From assembly GCA_018716115.1 (NCBI GenBank), contig DVKF01000040.1, positions 1 through 57,193 on the forward strand: a stretch of 57,193 nucleotides of DNA, written 5' to 3'. The translations under genes and the position numbers were made by a program. Every line of letters starts with the position of its first letter. The first letter of the stretch is position 1. Origin of the DNA: Candidatus Alloscybalousia intestinigallinarum. Its GTDB lineage: Bacteria; Bacillota_I; Bacilli_A; RF39; UBA660. The notes below the pieces were generated by a model that had not been told where the DNA came from, did not search any database, and saw only the letters and a program-made list of their open reading frames with translations. Below are positions 1 to 8,769 of the stretch, piece by piece.

Positions 1-353
1 TTTCTTTCTTTATAAGTACTAGTCATATAATTCGTTCGATAACTTCTTTTTGAACTATACTTTCCTTTAAACTTAGGATAATTGTTTTGATGATTAATAA
101 ATCGCTTAATGCCATCTTCTAAATCAAATAAGCTACATCTTAAACTACAAGAGTCCACTTCTTTTAAAAATGGATATTCTGAATATAAATTAGGCAAATC
201 TTTGATCGTATCAAAACAAGTTAAATGTTCTTTTTTTCTTTTTTCAAGATAATGATTATAAACAAGTCTTGTACAGCCAAACGTTTTTTGAATCATAATG
301 GTTTGACTATCGTTTGGATAAAGACGAAACTGATAACTTTTATACATATTCAT
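1..353 (-). CDS. tnpB: TnpB/OrfB-type (IS200/IS605-IS1341 family) RNA-guided endonuclease. Only the N-terminal ~117 codons are present; the ORF runs off the left edge.
   Basis: Absent from the ORF track because there is no stop in the window. Reverse-strand ATG at 353..351 is preceded by AAGGAGGAA. Translation MNMYKSYQFRLYPNDSQTIMIQKTFGCTRLVYNHYLEKRKKEHL...EVDSCSLRCSLFDLEDGIKRFINHQNNYPKFKGKYSSKRSYRT matches the canonical TnpB N-terminus (Y.FRLYPN..Q...FGC.R.VYN; PKFK.K...SYR). Confidence 0.8.
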   Translation of the reverse strand, partial: MNMYKSYQFRLYPNDSQTIMIQKTFGCTRLVYNHYLEKRKKEHLTCFDTIKDLPNLYSEYPFLKEVDSCSLRCSLFDLEDGIKRFINHQNNYPKFKGKYSSKRSYRTNYMTSTYKER

Positions 354-392
354 GATGTCATTCCTCCTTTGGTGTTATTCGTGGTTAACAAG

Positions 393-421
393 ACCATACC
401 AAACAAATGTATGAAAGTCAA
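393..421 (-). promoter_or_regulatory. Sigma-A-like promoter for tnpB
   Basis: On the minus strand: TTGACT (421..416), a 17-nt spacer, then TATGGT (398..393), about 40 nt upstream of the tnpB start. Confidence 0.4.
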
Positions 422-485
422 GCAAAATACAAAATTTTCTATTTTTGATTTTATTTTTCTATACAAAGCAAATTCCTAGTATATG

Positions 486-521
486 AAAAAAAGATAGACT
501 TCTTTATTCTAGTTCTATCTT
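486..521 (-). terminator. Rho-independent terminator after the thioredoxin-like gene
   Basis: Minus-strand stem AAGATAGA (521..514) pairs with TCTATCTT (498..491), with a 15-nt loop, followed by a U-run (490..486). Confidence 0.55.
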
Positions 522-573
522 TTCTTACTTTTGGTTCAAATTGACAACTTTATACACGAATTTTGTCGACAAA

Positions 574-1020
574 TTACTCTTCGCTAATAATTGGCGCTAC
601 TAAATCTGTAGGATTCTTCTTTTCCATCTCTGCTTCAATCGCATCCTTAATTCGTAACCCAATGACATCAGAAAAAGCATTAAATGTCTCTTCACCAACA
701 ATGATATAAGGTACTCCTGATAATGTATCACCAAACTCTTCGGCCACCTTATCCATATTGGCTTTATTTTCTTCGTCGTTCCATACTTCATATTCAATTA
801 AATTGATTTTACCATCTAATTCTTCATTTAATTCTCCAATATAAGTCCTAGCTCTTTGACAAACTGGACATGTTTCTCCAGAAAATAAATATACATTTAC
901 TTCATGATAACGATTTTTCTTCATAAAAAGTATACAAGCAAAACTAGCGAGTAACACAACCAATATCACGCCAGTTATTACGATAATTTTCTTTTTTCTA
1001 TCCATCTTTAATTTTTTCAT
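574..1020 (-). CDS. Membrane-anchored thioredoxin/glutaredoxin-fold protein (CxxC)
   Basis: N-terminal TM segment IIVITGVILVVLLASFACILF, redox motif ETCPVCQ, and a thioredoxin-fold cis-Pro region SGVPYIIVG. Confidence 0.7.
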   Translation of the reverse strand: MKKLKMDRKKKIIVITGVILVVLLASFACILFMKKNRYHEVNVYLFSGETCPVCQRARTYIGELNEELDGKINLIEYEVWNDEENKANMDKVAEEFGDTLSGVPYIIVGEETFNAFSDVIGLRIKDAIEAEMEKKNPTDLVAPIISEE

Positions 1021-1042
1021 TTTTTACTCCCTCTTTTTCTAT

Positions 1043-1294
1043 CTATTTTAATTTTTTCTGCATCTTTTTATTATTTGTTCTTTTTTCTTGCCACGATTCT
1101 AACGTATCACTACCAGAAATTACCCCTAAAACATGATCACAATCTAAAGCCGAATCATGTTCGACAATAATATATCTACTAGCTATGCCTTCTTGTTGGT
1201 TTTGACTAATCAAATGAGAAATATCCTTTAGCTCGTTGACGTTTCCAATTTTCTTTAATCCCAACTGATCTTTTCGATAGATTCGATAACTCAT
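1043..1294 (-). CDS. Small hypothetical protein (~83 aa) in the operon between the ABC-F and thioredoxin-like genes
   Basis: ORF-track ORF 1043..1303. Preferred start is the ATG at 1294..1292, preceded by AAGGTGAGAATC. No recognisable motif. Confidence 0.5.
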   Translation of the reverse strand: MSYRIYRKDQLGLKKIGNVNELKDISHLISQNQQEGIASRYIIVEHDSALDCDHVLGVISGSDTLESWQEKRTNNKKMQKKLK

Positions 1295-1314
1295 GATTCT
1301 CACCTTACTTTAAT

Positions 1315-2844
1315 TTATGCATTTAAATGAGAAAGGTCATCTAATCTAACTTCTTGTAAGCCACAACTAGATAGAATATAATACCGATTTACTACTTCCT
1401 GAAGAAATTTTCGATCATGAGAAATACTAATCACTGTTCCTGAATAATGGGAAAGTGCTTGACGAATAACCGGATTAGAAAGTGGACTTAAGTTTCTAGT
1501 TACTTCATCTAACAACAACACATTAGCTCGACTAAGCAACAATTTAACTAGTAAAATTTTCGCTTTAGTCCCACCACTAAGAAAACGAATGGGCATTTCC
1601 ATCTCCCAAGAAGTAACTTTTAAATTCCCTAACTGCGTTCTAATCAAAGTTAATTCGTCCTTATCGCCAATCTTTGTTAAAAACGCTAATGGCGTCTTTT
1701 CTTCATCCAATTGTTCATCATAATTCTGGGGAAAGTACCCAACGACTAAGTCAGTGCGGTCCTTCAACCGATTCACAATTTCCTTTAATAATGTGGTCTT
1801 TCCACTTCCATTCATACCAACAATCGCAATATGCTCGCCACCTGCTACTGTAAGATTGATCGATGAAGCTAATGTTTTTTCTCCAATCGTCAAAGAAAAA
1901 TGGTTAAGTTCTAAAATTTTCTTTTGTCTAGGAATTTCGACTTGGGGAAAGGAAAGCCGAATACTTTCTTCCACATCGGGATATTCCGTCAAGGACACCG
2001 CTTCTAGTTTTTTAGCCTGGGCTTTCAAATTATGCATTTTCTTTTTTAATAACCGGCCACCATGGGGATCACGCCGAGAAATTGTTTCTTGTTGATACGC
2101 CACTTTCTTAGTAATTTGATCTAATTTTTGTTGTCGTTTTTCATACTCCTTTGCTTCGAAACTAGCTTGTTGTTCCTGTTTTTCCAACTCCCGTAACCGA
2201 AGATCAACATACTCCTGATATCCTATTCGTAAAAAAGTATGACGACTACGAGTCTTCTTCCGCACTTGTTCTAAATGCAGAATACCATTGGCTGTATTTT
2301 CCAATAATACTTCATCATGAGAAATGTAAAGAATCGGTAAATCGACTTGTTGGATAAATTTTTCTAACCAAAGAATTGTCGCAAGATCTAAATCATTACT
2401 TGGTTCATCTAAAAATAAAATATCATATCTATCGAGTAACAACTTCAATAATTGAATCTTTATCTGTTCTCCACCCGATAAAACAAACATAGGCTTATCT
2501 AAAATCGTATCCTCTAGGTCTAATTCTCTTAGATAACGGTAAAAATCATTAACCTTTTCATAATACTCTTCTAACTGATGAAACAGAAACGAAAAGACAG
2601 TCTGATTCTTTTCTTCCGCCGGCAAAAATTGTGGTAAATAACCAATTCGTTTTCCCCATGTCTTTACCGTTCCAGTTAGCGTAGCGTAATCACAAAGACC
2701 TAGTAAACACTTTAATAAGGTAGATTTTCCATCTCCTTCTTCGCCGATAATTGCGATTTTATCTTTTCTATTTAATATAAAACTCAAGTCACCAATCAAT
2801 ACTTTTGTACCTATCGTAATCGTAATATGACTTGCTTCTAACAT
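1315..2844 (-). CDS. ABC-F family ATPase (two ABC cassettes, no TM); size and linker resemble antibiotic-resistance/ribosome-protection ABC-Fs
   Basis: Walker A GEEGDGKST and GMNGSGKTT; signatures LSGGEQIK and LSGGTKAK; Walker B ILFLDEPSN and VLLLDEVTR. A charged ~90-aa interdomain linker runs QEYVDLRLRELEKQEQQASFEAKEYEKRQQKLDQ...LKKKMHNLKAQAKKLE. Length 509 aa. Confidence 0.85.
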   Translation of the reverse strand: MLEASHITITIGTKVLIGDLSFILNRKDKIAIIGEEGDGKSTLLKCLLGLCDYATLTGTVKTWGKRIGYLPQFLPAEEKNQTVFSFLFHQLEEYYEKVNDFYRYLRELDLEDTILDKPMFVLSGGEQIKIQLLKLLLDRYDILFLDEPSNDLDLATILWLEKFIQQVDLPILYISHDEVLLENTANGILHLEQVRKKTRSRHTFLRIGYQEYVDLRLRELEKQEQQASFEAKEYEKRQQKLDQITKKVAYQQETISRRDPHGGRLLKKKMHNLKAQAKKLEAVSLTEYPDVEESIRLSFPQVEIPRQKKILELNHFSLTIGEKTLASSINLTVAGGEHIAIVGMNGSGKTTLLKEIVNRLKDRTDLVVGYFPQNYDEQLDEEKTPLAFLTKIGDKDELTLIRTQLGNLKVTSWEMEMPIRFLSGGTKAKILLVKLLLSRANVLLLDEVTRNLSPLSNPVIRQALSHYSGTVISISHDRKFLQEVVNRYYILSSCGLQEVRLDDLSHLNA

Positions 2845-2856
2845 TCATCTTTCTCC

Positions 2857-2892
2857 CTTCTATGATTATTTTATAGAAGATAATATTCTCAT
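2857..2892 (-). promoter_or_regulatory. 8-codon leader ORF (MRILSSIK) plus a hairpin overlapping the ABC-F Shine-Dalgarno; candidate translational attenuator
   Basis: Minus strand reads GGAGGTGGGAGC-ATG AGA ATA TTA TCT TCT ATA AAA TAA (2892..2866). Codons 5-7 contain CTTCTAT (2879..2873), which is complementary to ATAGAAG (2863..2857). That arm runs into the SD GAAGGGAG of the ABC-F gene (ATG at 2844). Confidence 0.45.
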
Positions 2893-2984
2893 GCTCCCAC
2901 CTCCAAAGTTTAAGCCTACATAATTTTATTATATAACAACTTCAACCAATTTGAATAAAAAAAAACTACCTAAGTAGCTTTTTG

Positions 2985-4538
2985 TCAGACTTTAAGAAAT
3001 ACTGTTTTACCTCTAATTATCGTCTCTAATATTTGAATTGTTAGAATCTCATCGATATCTACTTCAAGGGGATTCTTATCGAGAATAATAAAATCCGCAT
3101 ATTTGCTAGGTAAAATACTCCCCTTTTCTTTTTCCTCAAAATAAGAATACGCCGCATGAATCGTAACTGCTTTTAAGGCATCAAGCACAGAGATTTGTTC
3201 TTCTTTTCCTAATGTAACTCCTGATGAAGTCTCTCTCTTTACACTACACCAAATACTATGAAACATATCTGGTGGTAATACTGGGGTATCTTGATGAAGC
3301 GTAAAAGGTAAACCAAGTATACTTGCACTGTGACATGGACTTATTGAATAGGCACGATCCCCTAAATTTTTAAGATGAACATCACCCCAATAATAAACAT
3401 GATCAACGAAAAAGGAAGGAATAATACCAAGCTGTACCATTCTCTTTAATTGATCTTGTCTAACCAATTGAGCATGTATCATGACTGGGCGATACTTACT
3501 AATAGAATCTAGCTTACTACAAATACGAATCAACTGTTCACAAGCCGCATCCCCATTACAGTGAACAAGTACTTGGCTTTGATCCGCTAATACCTTTTTT
3601 AAATAATCTTCTAATTCTAAATCTGTATAGACAGGGTAACCACAATAAGTAGCTTCATTCTCGTAAGGTTGTGATAACCAAGCGGTTTTTCCTTGGGGAG
3701 ATCCATCTAAAAATAATTTATAACCACCAATTCGATAATGATGTTGATATTCTTTATATTCAGGATGTTCCACCAATAACTCACTATTTGTCTTCATATC
3801 AATATAACTGACAATATCTAGACGTAAACGTTGTCTTTTCGCAAGAGAAGTTAGTAGTTCAAAATCTTTCTTTCCAGTCTTTCCATCCTGAGCAGTCGTA
3901 ATTCCGTGGGCCAAATACCAGTCTTCCGCTTTTTGAAAAGAAGAACATAGCGTTTCAAAGGAAACTTCCGGTAAATGAGAAGTTGCTTCCATAAAAGCCG
4001 CTTCCTCTAAATAGCCCGTCAAGTCTCCGTTTTCATCTCGCCCAATTAATCCACCTGCCGGATTCTCTTTTTCATCCGTAATCTCAGCTAGTTCTAAAAA
4101 CTTACTGTTTCCTACACCCATATGTCCGGACTTATGGGTAACTAAAATTGGAACATTAGTAGAAACCATATCCAACAATTCCCGATTAGGATGTTTCTCT
4201 TCTTGAAATTGATTATGATCATAGCCAAAAGCGATTAAACATTCCTTATCTACTGTTAACTTTGAAGATAACGTAGTCACCAAATCCTCAAAATTCTGAC
4301 AATGAGATAGATCCACCATGTCTAATACCGTTGCCACTTGAACAATATGACTATGACTGTCAATAAAAGAAGGCATTAACGTTTTACCTTGTAAATCGAT
4401 ATACTTCGTATCCTCAAGATCTAACGGAACTTGTTCATAATAAACCTCCTTAATTTTGCCCTCTTCCACTAAAACTCCCGATGCATAAAGAGAATCCTCT
4501 AAAGTAATAATCGTCCCATGATAATAAAGTGTTTTCAA
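2985..4538 (-). CDS. Metal-dependent amidohydrolase (amidohydrolase_3 / YtcJ-like)
   Basis: 517 aa. HxH metal motif SFIDSHSHI, C-terminal FTLHQDTPV, and a terminal ADFIILDKNPL typical of the family. TTG start after AGGAGC. Confidence 0.8.
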   Translation of the reverse strand: MKTLYYHGTIITLEDSLYASGVLVEEGKIKEVYYEQVPLDLEDTKYIDLQGKTLMPSFIDSHSHIVQVATVLDMVDLSHCQNFEDLVTTLSSKLTVDKECLIAFGYDHNQFQEEKHPNRELLDMVSTNVPILVTHKSGHMGVGNSKFLELAEITDEKENPAGGLIGRDENGDLTGYLEEAAFMEATSHLPEVSFETLCSSFQKAEDWYLAHGITTAQDGKTGKKDFELLTSLAKRQRLRLDIVSYIDMKTNSELLVEHPEYKEYQHHYRIGGYKLFLDGSPQGKTAWLSQPYENEATYCGYPVYTDLELEDYLKKVLADQSQVLVHCNGDAACEQLIRICSKLDSISKYRPVMIHAQLVRQDQLKRMVQLGIIPSFFVDHVYYWGDVHLKNLGDRAYSISPCHSASILGLPFTLHQDTPVLPPDMFHSIWCSVKRETSSGVTLGKEEQISVLDALKAVTIHAAYSYFEEKEKGSILPSKYADFIILDKNPLEVDIDEILTIQILETIIRGKTVFLKV

Positions 4539-4593
4539 TAACCATCAGCTCCTAAAAAAGAATAGTAAACAACTACTCTTTTATACTATAACC

Positions 4594-5391
4594 TTAAATT
4601 TCATTTTTATGTAAAGATGCTCGTTTAGTAATAAACTCTCCAGCTAAACCATATTTTTTCTTATTCTTCATATAAAGATAACCAAAAACACTATAGACAA
4701 ACGCACCAATACAATTGACAAACATATCTTTCATCGTATCATGTAAACCAATATCTAAATAGCCATCCATTTTGTATAAAACTCCCTCTTGTCCATATAA
4801 TACTGTCTGTTTAATTCCAGAAATAGAAACCACTTGATTATCTTGTTTAGGGTCAAAAGTCACCGTATTAATATGATCGACAATCTCATCTTTTTGCATA
4901 TCTAAACCAAACAAAGAATCCATCCCATACTCGAAAAATTCCCACGCAACGCCAATCGTCATCGAAAAACAAAACGCCACTAAACAAACAAAGATTGGTG
5001 ACAAATAAAAAGACTTACTATTTTCATTAAGTAAATAAACCAATGAAAACCCAACACTCGCACATAAGAAGCCATTTAAGGTATGTAGAATAGTATCCCA
5101 ATAGGGAAAAGTTCCATAAAAATTATTGATTTCTCCTAAAATCTCGGCCGCAAAAATAAAACAAAAAATAATAATTTCTAAAAGGCTAGGCAATTCAATT
5201 TTTAATTTTTTCTCAATAAAGAAAGGTAATAAAAATAAAATCAAAGACAACACACAAAGGGCTGCATTCTGAAAATTACCATTCATCAATTCCCGAATCA
5301 TACAAATAATAATCAACGTACGAAGTAAAAAATACACAAATACCGATTTTTTATCGTTTCCCTTGATTAATCCCCTCATTTTTTCACGCAT
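4594..5391 (-). CDS. Polytopic membrane protein, function unknown
   Basis: 265 aa with about 6 hydrophobic segments. SD AGGAG lies 8 nt upstream of the ATG. I cannot assign a family with confidence. Confidence 0.6.
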   Translation of the reverse strand: MREKMRGLIKGNDKKSVFVYFLLRTLIIICMIRELMNGNFQNAALCVLSLILFLLPFFIEKKLKIELPSLLEIIIFCFIFAAEILGEINNFYGTFPYWDTILHTLNGFLCASVGFSLVYLLNENSKSFYLSPIFVCLVAFCFSMTIGVAWEFFEYGMDSLFGLDMQKDEIVDHINTVTFDPKQDNQVVSISGIKQTVLYGQEGVLYKMDGYLDIGLHDTMKDMFVNCIGAFVYSVFGYLYMKNKKKYGLAGEFITKRASLHKNEI

Positions 5392-5527
5392 ACTATCAAC
5401 TCCTAGATTAGCTTAGTTCAAGTATACCATAAATTCGAATAGGAAAACTACCAATAATGTTTTTTAAAACGGTTATATAAAATTTTTTCATCATGAGTTA
5501 AAATAATCCTACGGCTTTTTATCCTTC

Positions 5528-7594
5528 CTAATCCAACGTCCAAATGATTTCAATTTCCCGTTTTCCCGTTACCGAATCATATTCACCAATTTCTATCTTT
5601 TCAATAAAATCATTCACCACTTCAACATTTAATTGCGACAAAGAACAATACTTAGTAAACTTTTTTTCTAGATAAGAACAATCCATCTTTTCTTTATTTT
5701 GTCGCCATTCTAAAGCAGAAAGTTCATTCTCTAATTGTTGAAGTTCCGCTTTTCCTTTTTCGATAGAATGTCGATAACGTTCACGAAAAGAAAAATATTC
5801 TTCTTGACTAACATAATTTTTTTTAAAATCTTCATATAAAACTTGAAGATACTCCTTTTTCTTTTCTAATTCTTGTCTAAGTACAAACATACTTTTTGTT
5901 AAATACTCAATTCTTTTAGTCAAAGACTCACTGATATTATTTTGATGATAAAGTTCTATTTGAACCTCTACCCGATAATACTGATTTAATAATTCATTAA
6001 ATCGTTTTAATACTTCCTCATGTAACGTAAATTCAGAAATATACTTACGATTCGTACAATTGACCCATTTATTTACCTTATCTTTACAACATAAATAACG
6101 TAATTGATGACCATCTTTCTTCCCACATTTATAAAATGGGCGACCACAAGAACGACAGAAAACCTTACCCGCCAATAAATGAACTTTGCCATCATGACTT
6201 ACTTTCTTGTGACTAGCGATCCGTTTTTGAACTTGATTCCAAAGCTGCTCATCAATAATTGGTTCGTGTGTATTTTCGACTCGGATCTGTTTATCCTTAG
6301 GATGATAAATCAGTTTCTTATTTTTATAACTTACTGTTGTAGTCTTAAATTGAACTAAATGGCCCAAATATACTTCGTCTTGTAAAATTTTTCTTATTGT
6401 TGTCATACTCCACTTAAATTGTTTTCGAATCTGAATGTGATAATTCTCAGTCAATTTCTCGTCCGGGAAAAGAGAATGGACAATATACTCAAAATCTAAA
6501 TGCTGTTTATTTTCATTTAAATGAACATGAAATTCATAATTGTTCTCATGCAACCTATCTACCCTAGGAGTATACATGATAAGACAAGTCGCGTTCTTGG
6601 GAAGCGTTTCTCCTAAACTTAAAGATTGACAGATATCACTTGTTTCCAAAAAAGAAAATAGTTCTGTTTTTCTGTTCTTTAAAATAAATATAACTTTTTC
6701 TAAAGGAAAACAAGAATAATATACTTTACTCTTTCTATCTTTTACTGTTCGAAAAGTAATTTCGCCTCGAAATTTAGAAAAATTAGATAAATATTCTAAC
6801 GTACATAAAGATTGAATAATTTCCCTACTCCAATTAGTATAAGAAATCCGGATGACATACTCACCTGGATCAGTAATTTTATTGAAAAAAAAGTGAGTGT
6901 TTAATGCGGGGAGTTTTAAATGGCTACCATTAGAAAGTTTATGTTCTAACGGACTAGGTATCTGCTCTTCCGTTAAACGACGAGCGATTGTTCCGATACC
7001 CACCCCATGACTATACTCTTGAAAGATGCGAACAATATATTTTCTTACTCTTTCATCAGGAATTAAATGATTCTTATTTTCGGGATCTTTCTGATATCCA
7101 TAGGGGGCAAAACTACCAGTAAATTCCCCATTTTGTCGTTTTATTTTCAAAGTTTCACGAATATTATGAGAAGTATCTTCCAAGAACCATTCATCCGTAA
7201 GACCTATAATTTGACTCATTTTCTTTGTTTCTTTCTTCGTATTATCAATCTTTTCCATTAAAGAAACAAAGCGAATATTCCACTCTAAGAATTTATCGTG
7301 AACATATTTTTCGACGACTTCCATATCGCGTGCAAATCTAGCTTGAGATTTGACTAAAACAATATCAACTTCGTTTTTTCGGCAAGCTTCAATCATCCGA
7401 TTAAAATTAGGACGAGTAATATCGGCTCCGGACCAATCCTCATCATCGTAAATGGCAACAATTCTCCAATTCTGACGAAGGGCATAATCTCGTAACATCT
7501 TTTCTTGATTTTTGATACTTTCTGAACGTTCTATTGGCGTTAACTTATCACGATCTTCATCCGATAATCGTAAGTATAAAACGACTCGCATCAT
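5528..7594 (-). CDS. Large serine recombinase (TnpX/TndX/SpoIVCA class) with an atypical internal insertion
   Basis: Resolvase catalytic N-terminus VVLYLRLSDEDRD...ESIKNQ. Recombinase domain FAPYGYQKD...IVRIFQEY...IARRLTEEQIPSP and KWSMTTIRKILQDEVYLGH. Zn-ribbon CRSCGRPFYKCG...YLCC...CTN. C-terminal coiled coil. Confidence 0.9.
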   Translation of the reverse strand: MMRVVLYLRLSDEDRDKLTPIERSESIKNQEKMLRDYALRQNWRIVAIYDDEDWSGADITRPNFNRMIEACRKNEVDIVLVKSQARFARDMEVVEKYVHDKFLEWNIRFVSLMEKIDNTKKETKKMSQIIGLTDEWFLEDTSHNIRETLKIKRQNGEFTGSFAPYGYQKDPENKNHLIPDERVRKYIVRIFQEYSHGVGIGTIARRLTEEQIPSPLEHKLSNGSHLKLPALNTHFFFNKITDPGEYVIRISYTNWSREIIQSLCTLEYLSNFSKFRGEITFRTVKDRKSKVYYSCFPLEKVIFILKNRKTELFSFLETSDICQSLSLGETLPKNATCLIMYTPRVDRLHENNYEFHVHLNENKQHLDFEYIVHSLFPDEKLTENYHIQIRKQFKWSMTTIRKILQDEVYLGHLVQFKTTTVSYKNKKLIYHPKDKQIRVENTHEPIIDEQLWNQVQKRIASHKKVSHDGKVHLLAGKVFCRSCGRPFYKCGKKDGHQLRYLCCKDKVNKWVNCTNRKYISEFTLHEEVLKRFNELLNQYYRVEVQIELYHQNNISESLTKRIEYLTKSMFVLRQELEKKKEYLQVLYEDFKKNYVSQEEYFSFRERYRHSIEKGKAELQQLENELSALEWRQNKEKMDCSYLEKKFTKYCSLSQLNVEVVNDFIEKIEIGEYDSVTGKREIEIIWTLD

Positions 7595-7848
7595 GATTTT
7601 TTGTCACCACGAGAAAACAACTCTATCTTTTGAATCGTATAGTAGAATTTCTGATTAAACTGAGACACCAGATTTTGTGACTGACCCACAGTTTTTATTT
7701 TTTCTACCCAAATATACTGTACCTTTCTCTTTGCCAAGAAAATCACCTATACCTACTATTATTCTATTCAGCAAGTAAAAAAAAAGAAGAAATAACACTT
7801 TCTCCTAAAATCGTGCATTTTCTTCTACTTTCCTTTTTTTCTTCTAGT

Positions 7849-8769
7849 CTATTTTAAAAATCCTGTAATAATCGCATTTTCCGCTTCTTTTTCACTTAAG
7901 CCAAGCGACATCAATTTCATCAATTGACTGCCAGCTATTTTTCCAATAGCCGCTTCATGAATCAAATTCGCATCGACACTTTGGGCATCGATTTCAGGTA
8001 TCGCTTTTACACGCCCATTTTCTTGAATAATCGCATCACATTCTACATGACCGTAACACAAATCTTTTCCGATAATATTAGAAGAGAATTCCTGATAAGA
8101 ATCATCCTTGGCAACAGAACGAGAAACCACATGACAACTCGCATTGCCTCCACCTAATGTAACCTGAAAATCTGTAGTAGCTGTTTGGTGATTACTCGTT
8201 AAAATTTTCTCGTTAATCACTAAAGTTGCCCCATCTTCCACATTCGCTTTCGTGATTCTAATCGACTCATCTACTCCCTTTAACTGAATCGTATCCATCA
8301 TTAAATAGGAACCTTTTTTCATCGAAATCTCCGTCGTCGGATTTAATACTTTCTTTCCATCGCCTTTTCCTTCAGCATAATGTCTTTCGATATACCGAAC
8401 TTTGGCATTTTCTTCCAAAAAGAAACGATGAATTCCATTGTGTTGCGACTGTTTCTCAGCATGATTATGAATTCCACAACCGGCAACAATCGTCACATTC
8501 GCGTTTTTTCCAATATAAAAATCATTATAAACAATATCCGTAAGACCACTTTCGGTAATAATAACCGGAATATCGATAATTCCAAATAAAGTATCTGGTA
8601 ACACCTCAATATCGATTCCAGTACCATCCTCTTTGGAGCGAATATGAATGTAAGGGTTTTCTTTTCTCTTTTGAAGATGCCCATTTGCGCGAATATTGTA
8701 AGCATCTGCCTGTTCGATGGAATCGTGATTCAAAACTTCATTCAATAAATTCTTTTCTACCTTATCCAT
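7849..8769 (-). CDS. SufB/SufD-family Fe-S cluster assembly scaffold protein (short clostridial type)
   Basis: 306 aa. C-terminal signature HEAAIGKIAGSQLMKLMSLGLSEKEAENAIITGF. Overlaps the upstream sufC by 8 nt. Confidence 0.75.
   Translation of the reverse strand: MDKVEKNLLNEVLNHDSIEQADAYNIRANGHLQKRKENPYIHIRSKEDGTGIDIEVLPDTLFGIIDIPVIITESGLTDIVYNDFYIGKNANVTIVAGCGIHNHAEKQSQHNGIHRFFLEENAKVRYIERHYAEGKGDGKKVLNPTTEISMKKGSYLMMDTIQLKGVDESIRITKANVEDGATLVINEKILTSNHQTATTDFQVTLGGGNASCHVVSRSVAKDDSYQEFSSNIIGKDLCYGHVECDAIIQENGRVKAIPEIDAQSVDANLIHEAAIGKIAGSQLMKLMSLGLSEKEAENAIITGFLK

Noticed and set aside
225-479. An 84-aa plus-strand ORF from the track.
   Set aside because: It is antisense to the clearly recognisable tnpB N-terminus and its promoter. 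The sequence is low-complexity and hydrophobic, with no SD.
6419-6904. The insertion in the serine recombinase considered as an intein or a nested mobile element.
   Set aside because: There is no Cys/Ser at the N-terminal junction, no terminal HN plus Cys/Ser/Thr, and no endonuclease motifs. The frame is continuous with similar composition.
5528-7594. The recombinase considered as part of a prophage or as a sigK-type intervening element.
   Set aside because: No phage structural, replication or lysis genes are in the window. The genes flanking the recombinase are intact and are not split halves of one gene.
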